Made by a program: the position numbers and the translations under genes. Below, one piece after another: positions 9,491 through 15,317 of a DNA stretch of 15,317 nt; within the stretch, counting starts at the first letter, position 1; each line of letters starts with the position of its first letter. Source of the DNA: Fonticula alba ATCC 38817. Lineage: Eukaryota > Protista > Nucleariida. Where the stretch lies: the NCBI GenBank assembly GCA_000388065.2, contig KB932214.1; one strand, written 5' to 3'. The notes beneath the pieces are model-generated. The model did not search any database. It was given only the letters and a program-made list of their open reading frames with translations, and was not told the DNA's origin.

Positions 9491-10751
9491 ACCATTTTGG
9501 CCGGGCAATGCGCGCTGGAGATTGCGCGGCCGTCGGCCAGCGAGCTGTCCATCGTCCTGCGAACCCCCTCCTTCTCGGAGGACGATGTGGCCCGGCGGCA
9601 GGTTCTCTTCTGGGCGCTGGTCCTGCTGATGGCTCCGGGCGCGGCACTGCTGGCCTGGTCCCGGCCCGGGCAGCTGCCGGACTTGGTGCGCCTCCTGCCA
9701 TCCTGCCCTCGCCCCTTCTCGCCTGCCCCTCGCGCGCGCGCTCTCTCTCTCTCTCTCCTTCTCTCTCTCTCTCTCCCTCTCCTTCTCTCTGTCCGGGGAA
9801 TCATGGTCGCTGACTTGGAATGTGCCCCTCGGCCAGGCGCGCACCCTGGTGACCCTCTCCATGGCCGGGCTGGTGGCCGCCCTGGCCGGGCTGATAGCGT
9901 GGGACTGGCGCCATCCCATCTTCAAGGGTGCGTCCCGGCATGCCTCGCGCCTTTTCCTGGCCCCTCGGGCAGCATGCTCCTTTCCCGGCCCCTTCGGCAG
10001 GGCATATGGCCCTCTCGCGGGCAGCTCCCTGGGAGGGAAGGTCCTAATGCCTCGCTTTGTCCCTCCCATCACCGTGCAGAATCCCTGCATGTCAGCCGGG
10101 ACGTCGGGCTGATCTTGACGGCCGATCGTCGGCGGCTGTATTCCCTGCTGGCCGGGGCCTCGCGGCAACAGCGCTTCCTCCCCCGGTCGTCGGTGGTGGA
10201 CCTGCTGGTGAATGAGGGGCTCTTTCGCGGGCGGGTGGTTTTCTATGCGTCAGTGGTCACCTCGGACGAGGGGAACTCGGCCGGGCGCCGGCCGGCAAAC
10301 GGCTCGGCGGCCATCCTGGCCCAGTCGCTCGGCGCCACAACCACCGCCGGCGCCCCGCCGGGGCATCAGCTGGTCCCGCTGTTCACGGTATGCATACACT
10401 GGCCCTGCGTGGCAGGGGGGGGGGGGGGGGCGACAATTTTGGTCTGCCGGCTGCTTTTTTTTTTCTCGTCTCACCCTCGCCGCTTGCTCATTGACGCCCG
10501 GGTGCGTCTGTCCGCCCTCGGTGGCCCTACAGCGGTCGCTGCCGCGACTTGAATCCCTCACTCGCATCGTGTATCCCATGCGGGAGGTCCTCTTCGAGGA
10601 CCCGGCCCCGGGGCCGGGGGGCCTGCCGCACTTCCCGCCGCAGCCCGGGCCGGCCGGGGCCACACCGCACCGCACTCCGGCCGGCACCGGTGGCGCTGCC
10701 TGGTCGGACGTCCGCCAGCGCCCGGCCCAGCGCCGGATGGTGACCACCTGA
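9491..10751 (+). CDS. PIGH: PIG-H/GPI15-like subunit of GPI-N-acetylglucosaminyltransferase; 5' incomplete
   Basis: Exons 9491-9685, 9837-9927, 10080-10387, 10533-10751 (TGA); phases are consistent. Two hydrophobic segments (VLFWALVLLMAPGAALLAW; LVTLSMAGLVAALAGLIAW) precede ESLHVSRDVGLILT..RFLPRSSVVDLLVNEGLFRGRVVFYASVV..LVPLFT-RSLPRLESLTRIVYPMREVL. This resembles the recalled PIG-H pattern (ETLLII..GIQ..DIVINE..VIYYL..VPVFQSAKPRLDCLIEVY). No in-frame ATG is visible after the gap; the 5' boundary is an inferred acceptor (CAG 9488-9490). Confidence 0.8.
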
Positions 10752-10903
10752 CGTGGGCGCACTCTAGACTTCGCGAGGAGCGAGCAACATGCGCACACGG
10801 TCGCCCCTCCCCACGCAAACCGGGCGCATTCCCTTTGGCGATCTGTCGCCGGGAGAATGGCCGGCGGGAGACATACCAGAATGTGTGGTGTACATGCGTG
10901 TGC

Positions 10904-10950
10904 AAATATATGGTTACATATATATATATATGTATATAGAACAATGTATT
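10904..10950 (+). terminator. AT-rich (TA)n island between the convergent PIGH and XPO1 genes; candidate 3'-end formation element
   Basis: AAATATATGGTTACATATATATATATATGTATATAGAACAATGTATT lies in a GC-rich background about 150-200 nt after the PIGH stop. The function is inferred. Confidence 0.35.
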
Positions 10951-11756
10951 GGCCCTTTTCGGGCCCGGGGGGGAAGGGGGAGCAAGGAAAGTGGGGGGGG
11001 GGGGAGGGGGCACCCGGGGCGCTCTCGGGCGCAAGCGCGTGCGCCGCCAGCCATGGTCTAGTGCCGGCGGGGACGCACGCCCAGGGGCGCAGACGGGAGG
11101 AGGAGGGACAGAGGGTGGCCGCCCGACGGGGCGCGCGCCCGCGCACGCCAAAGGAGCGAGGAAACAGGAGGGAGAAGAAGAGGGGGCGCGCGCGCACAGG
11201 GAGCACAGGGAGAGAGGCCGAGAGGAGGGGGGAGGAGGGGGGAGGTGTCACACAAGGGCAGTGCACACACAAACACACGGAGTGGTGCACCAGGAGCAGG
11301 AGGGAGGAAAGGGGTGGCAGAGGAGGGGGCACACGGGGGGGGGGGGGGAGAGAGGGAGAGACGGGGGAGCAAGTAGGAAAGGCGCGCCACCGTGCGCGAG
11401 GGGAAGCACGCGACGGGGGGCAAATTTTTTGAAGATTGATATGTGAAGGACAGGGCGCGAGCGGACGTCCGTGTGTGTCGTCGCGCTCTTTTTTTTTTCT
11501 CGCTCACCCCTTCTCAGACCACCCCCCATCGATCGATCGCACGACGGGCCCTCCTCCGCGCGGCCCCCTGGCCAGTTCCTCCTCGTGCGCACGCGCGTAC
11601 GCACGCACGCCCCTCCCCCCTCCCCCTCCCCGGGCTGTGGGTGCGCTGCCTTTGCGCCATCACACGGCAGACGGGAAGGGAAACAAGGGTGCGGGAGCAG
11701 GAGGGGAGAGCACCGGACGCGGGGCACACCCGTGACCAACCAGCCACCGGCATACG

Positions 11757-11799
11757 CACAGACAGACAGACAGACAGACACACACACACACACAGACAC
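11757..11799. repeat. (GACA)5-(CA)n compound microsatellite just downstream of the XPO1 stop
   Basis: Direct reading. Confidence 0.85.
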
Positions 11800-11816
11800 G
11801 CGCCCGACCATGCCAG

Positions 11817-13563
11817 TTAGTTGGCGATGGACGCGTCGGCCGCCGGCTCATCAACCACATACAGCTCCTGGTTGTCCTGGCCGGCGAACTGCTTGAGGCT
11901 GATGAGGAAGTCCCGGACCAGGACCTTGAAGGCCAGCGGGTCGTTCTTCTGGAGTAGCCCCTTGACGAAGTGCTTCACCTGGGCCGGGGTCACCTGGGGG
12001 AAGGCCCGCGCCAGGAGATCCGACACATAGTGGTTGAGGAAGGCCACATTGGTCATGTTCGGGTTGTCGGGGAAGGCCTTCGGGTCGAAGAGCTGCGCCG
12101 GCATCAGACCATCGATGACGATGTCGAACATGTCCTTGAGGATGGACGTCTGCAGCTTGAAGCCGGCCTTGTGGTCGCTGTCGGTCAGCACCACGAAGAC
12201 ATCCTGCATCAGGGACACGTAGTACTGCTGGTAGAAGCCGGTCACCTGGCCCGGCTGGGCCAGGAGCTTGCGGCGGAATTGCTCCAGCATCTCCTGCAGC
12301 GTGTGCAGGGCCATCTCGGCGATGTCGCGCATGGTGTGCTTGATGCCCCACACGACCGAGTCGATGAAGAGCTTGAACTGCGCCTGGCCCAGGGTGAAGA
12401 GGGCCTCGAAGCAGTGGCGATTGATGGCCCGCAGCAGCCGGTAGAAGCCGGTCCGATGGTCCGGGTACTCCTGGAAGTCCTTGCTGATCATGGACAGGGT
12501 GCATTCGAACACCGCATCCAGGATGGGATGCACCTTGCCGATGACCTCCCCCTTCAGGTGGTCCACCATCGAGGCACACAGGAGCAGGACCTCGGCATCG
12601 CGGACCTCCGGCTGGGTGTTCTGGTAGTCGATCATGGTGACCTTCAGCAAGTCCGGCACGAAGCTGGTGGCCACGGTTTCCGGATCCCCGGCGCAGTGGG
12701 GGAAGAAGGTGATGAAGAGCTTGAGGATTTCGCGCTTGATGAGGCGCAGCCCGCGAACCAGCGGCGTGCGCGGCTCATTCGGCCCGCCGGTTTGCAGGCG
12801 GTTGTTGATCAGCTGCGAGCAGATGGGATACAGCTCCATCATGTCGCGGAAGATGTGGGCAATGTGCACGATGAAGGCCTGCCCGACCGAGGAACACACC
12901 GAGACATTGGTCTTCAGGATGTTGGCCAGGGTCTTGTACATGGTCGGGTTTTCCAGGAGGGAAATGTCCCCGGCGATCTTGGACAGCAGCTCGGACCAGC
13001 CCTGGTTCGGCAGGGCCATCAGCTTGTGAATGAGGGCGTGCGCCTGCTCGGTCGAGGTGGCCGCGCTGATCATGATGCCCACCGCCTCGTAGAAGGTCTG
13101 CACCTGCTGCGGCTGCAGGTCGGAAATGGTGGCCGGCAGGCTGTCGATGATGGTGTTGATGAAGGGGCCGGGCTCATTGACATGGGCCACCACGAAGAGG
13201 TTGCGACAGGAGGAGGCGATCTTGATGAAGGTGTCGCAGGCCATGTCAGGCACGCCTTCATGGCGCTCGTGCATGAACTCGAAAAGTTTGTTGACCACGG
13301 TCTTGAGGAACTTCCAGTGCTGGCGCAAGAACCGGGGGTACTGCCCGACGATGTACATGATGTTGGAAGCAACCACGGCCTTGTTGTCGGTGCCGCGCTT
13401 GAGGTCCACCAGGTCCAGGAGCTCCTTGATGACGACCACGAGGAAGCGCTTCTCCTCGGGCTCAGCTGTGTGTGTGGGGGGGGGAGAGAAAGAGAGGGGG
13501 AGGAAGGGAGGAAGGGAGGGGGGCAGAGGAGAAAGAAAGAGAGAAGGAAGAGGAGAGAGAAGG

Positions 13564-13599
<36 letters not shown>

Positions 13600-14927
13600 A
13601 AGAGGAGAGAGAGAGAGAGAGAGAAGGAAGAGGAGAGAGAGAAGGAAGAGGGGAGAGAGAGAGAGAGAGAAGGAAGAGGAGAGAGAGAAGGAAGAGGAGA
13701 GAGAGAGAGAGAGAGAAGGAAGAGGAGAGAGAGAAGGAAGAGGAGAGAGAGAAGGAAGAGGAGAGAGAGAAGGAAGAGGAGAGAGAGAAAGAGGGAGAAA
13801 GAGAAAGAGGGAGAAAGAGAAAGAGGGAGAAAGGGAAGGAGGGAGAAAGGGAAGGAGGGCGACAATCGAGTATGTCATGGGGAGGGCGCGCGCGCATGTC
13901 GGAAGTCAGAAGTCAGCCAGGCACATGAACAAATACACACACACACACACACAAACGGACAGACGGCGCGCGAAAGGACAGCCACCACGTACACATGGCC
14001 CCGGAAATGGAGCCGATGGACCAACACAGCTTGTTGATGGCAGACCAGGACCACTCGGCGTTGGACATCAGGCGCATGAGCTTCTCGCGCATGATGAACT
14101 CCATGTCCTCGCTGTCCAGGTGCGTCAGGTGCGTCAAGACCACCTGCATGGCCTTGTACAGGGCAATGGTGTCGGTGTCCTTCTGGAACTCGCGGATGAT
14201 CTCGCCCTCCTCCTCCACGATGAGCACCTCCTCCGGCTTGACCATGCGGTTGATCATGACCACACGCAGGTGCGACAGGATCTGCTGGTAGAACTGCTGG
14301 CGCGGGGTGGGCCCCGGGCTGGAGGTGATCAACAGCGGCGAGGGGGCCATCGAGGGCTCGCGATACAGCTGCTCCACCAGCACGGCCCAGTAGTCCAGGC
14401 ACGACTTGAACACCTCGCGATCGTCGATGTTGGAGATGTTAATCAGGTACATGTGCGCCGTCAGCAGCCGGTCCGGGTTGTGGCTCTCCAGCACGGACAG
14501 GTGCTCCTTGAAGAGGCCGACAAAGAAGTTGGCCAGGTCCTGGATGAAGATCTGGTCCGAGCCGGAGCGGTTGTTGTACGTGCTGGCCAGGTCCGTCTCC
14601 ACGGACAGGTAGGCCGGCAGCTTCTCCATGACCGAGTCAAAGAGCCGAACGATCATCGGCACAAAGGTGGCCCCCTGGCCCTGCTGGAGCTTGAGGCTGG
14701 CGATCTCGGTCAGGCACTTGAGGGTGACATTGCGAGATTGGGGGACGACGAAGAACTGCGCATCGCGGGGGGGGGGGGGGGGGGGAGGAGCCCTTGCCGA
14801 CCTCACCCCAGGGCGCGGTCTACGGGGCAGATCCGCGCCTGCATTGGCCCATGCACGACCAGGAGTATTGTCCCGGAGCCCCGGGCCTCGGCTCACCGCC
14901 CCAACCGGCGCGGACGGGTGGCCCCTC

Positions 14928-14958
<31 letters not shown>

Positions 14959-15283
14959 GGGGGAGCGGAGTCAGAACCCGAGAGAAGGGGCAGGCAAAGC
15001 AGGGAGGGAGCATGCGCGACAAGTGGCCAGCGGGCGGGCGAGGGATACCTTCTCGGTGAGGAAGGGGATGAGGTTGGTCTCGAAGATGTAGCCGAGGGGG
15101 ATCCAACCGAGGAAGCGCAGCAGGGTCTCCAGGGCCACCAGCACCAGGGACGGCTTGGAGGCGCTGGTCAGGATGAACATGCAGAGGGAGAAAATGGGGG
15201 CGAACTGGTTGGCCAGCTCGTTCTTCAGCTCGTCCACGCGCTTGGAGACGATCTGCTCTTCGGAGTAGTCGAAGATCTCCTCA
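11817..15283 (-). CDS. XPO1: Exportin-1 (CRM1), 3' part; gene starts beyond the right edge
   Basis: Exons (minus strand): 15049-15283, 13993-14755, 11817-13465 (TAA); phases are consistent. Motifs: SEEIFDYS, LETLLRFLGWIPLGYIFE, RNVTLKCLTEI, MVKPEEVLIVE, NKLCWSIGSISGAM, DNKAVVASNIMYIVGQYPRFL, KTVVNKLFEFMHE, DFQEYPDHRTGF, RDFLISLKQF. An acceptor CAG lies at 15284-15286 with a CTAAC branch motif at 15301-15305. Confidence 0.97.
13466..13992 (-). other. XPO1 intron (527 nt) with an expanded pyrimidine tract
   Basis: GTACGT donor at 13992 and CAG acceptor ending at 13466. Splicing restores GAM-S-EPEEKRFLV. Confidence 0.92.
13476..13859. repeat. 384-bp polypurine/polypyrimidine array: 11 copies of AAGGAAGAGG separated by variable (GA)n, then GAAAGAGGGA-type units
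   Basis: The plus strand is all purine except one C at 13524. AAGGAAGAGG starts at 13544, 13560, 13596, 13624, 13642, 13670, 13688, 13716, 13734, 13752 and 13770. Confidence 0.95.
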
Positions 15284-15317
15284 CTGGCGGACGAGGCGGG
15301 GTTAGATGACTGCCGGG

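Noticed and set aside
13248-13250. CRM1 GVPDMAC instead of recalled GVQDMAC
   Set aside because: This is a single substitution near a helix start where Pro is often tolerated; no functional claim can be supported without an alignment.
13544-13779. Regularly spaced direct repeats resembling a CRISPR array
   Set aside because: The spacers are (GA)n rather than unique sequence, the unit is 10 bp, and the context is a eukaryotic intron.
13466-13865. N-terminal (FLLSLL)n 'membrane' segment of the 682-aa ORF 11817..13865
   Set aside because: It is a translation of the intronic CT-rich tract. CRM1 homology begins exactly at the CAG acceptor (13466), and splicing restores GAMSEPEEKRF.
14780-14930. 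Intronic snoRNA candidate between two poly-C tracts
   Set aside because: I could not identify C/D boxes (RUGAUGA..CUGA) or a convincing H/ACA layout; an Rfam/Infernal scan would be needed.
11970-15091. Long plus-strand ORFs (652, 303 and 539 aa), including Arg/Glu-rich repeat proteins
   Set aside because: They are antisense shadows of GC3-rich XPO1 codons plus the GA array, with no independent homology or splice support.

Overview
GC-rich, intron-containing eukaryotic genomic DNA from a draft assembly with four N gaps; it is not prokaryotic. Five protein-coding genes can be assembled from GT-AG exons whose reading frames join correctly: the 5' part of WASH-complex subunit strumpellin (WASHC5, minus strand, running off the left edge), PNO1/DIM2 (plus), a TAP42/alpha4 (IGBP1) family PP2A regulator (plus), a PIG-H/GPI15-like GPI-GlcNAc transferase subunit (plus, start codon not visible) and the 3' part of exportin-1 CRM1/XPO1 (minus, running off the right edge). 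Introns and intergenic DNA are full of microsatellites and G/C homopolymers. Most long ORFs in the supplied track are antisense or low-complexity artefacts. The most notable observations are: (i) CRM1 has Val instead of the leptomycin-B-reactive Cys, an apparently truncated autoinhibitory C-terminal helix and a shortened H9 loop; (ii) one XPO1 intron has a 390-nt adenosine-free stretch that forces a branch point at least about 400 nt from the 3' splice site, and other introns show milder versions; (iii) all 16 modelled donor sites have a pyrimidine at +4; (iv) there may be unannotated in-frame upstream exons of WASHC5. Orthologue comparisons and residue numbers come from my recollection of human and yeast sequences, not from a database search. 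The organism is unknown; a GC-rich non-fungal opisthokont such as a Fonticula-like amoeba is only a guess.
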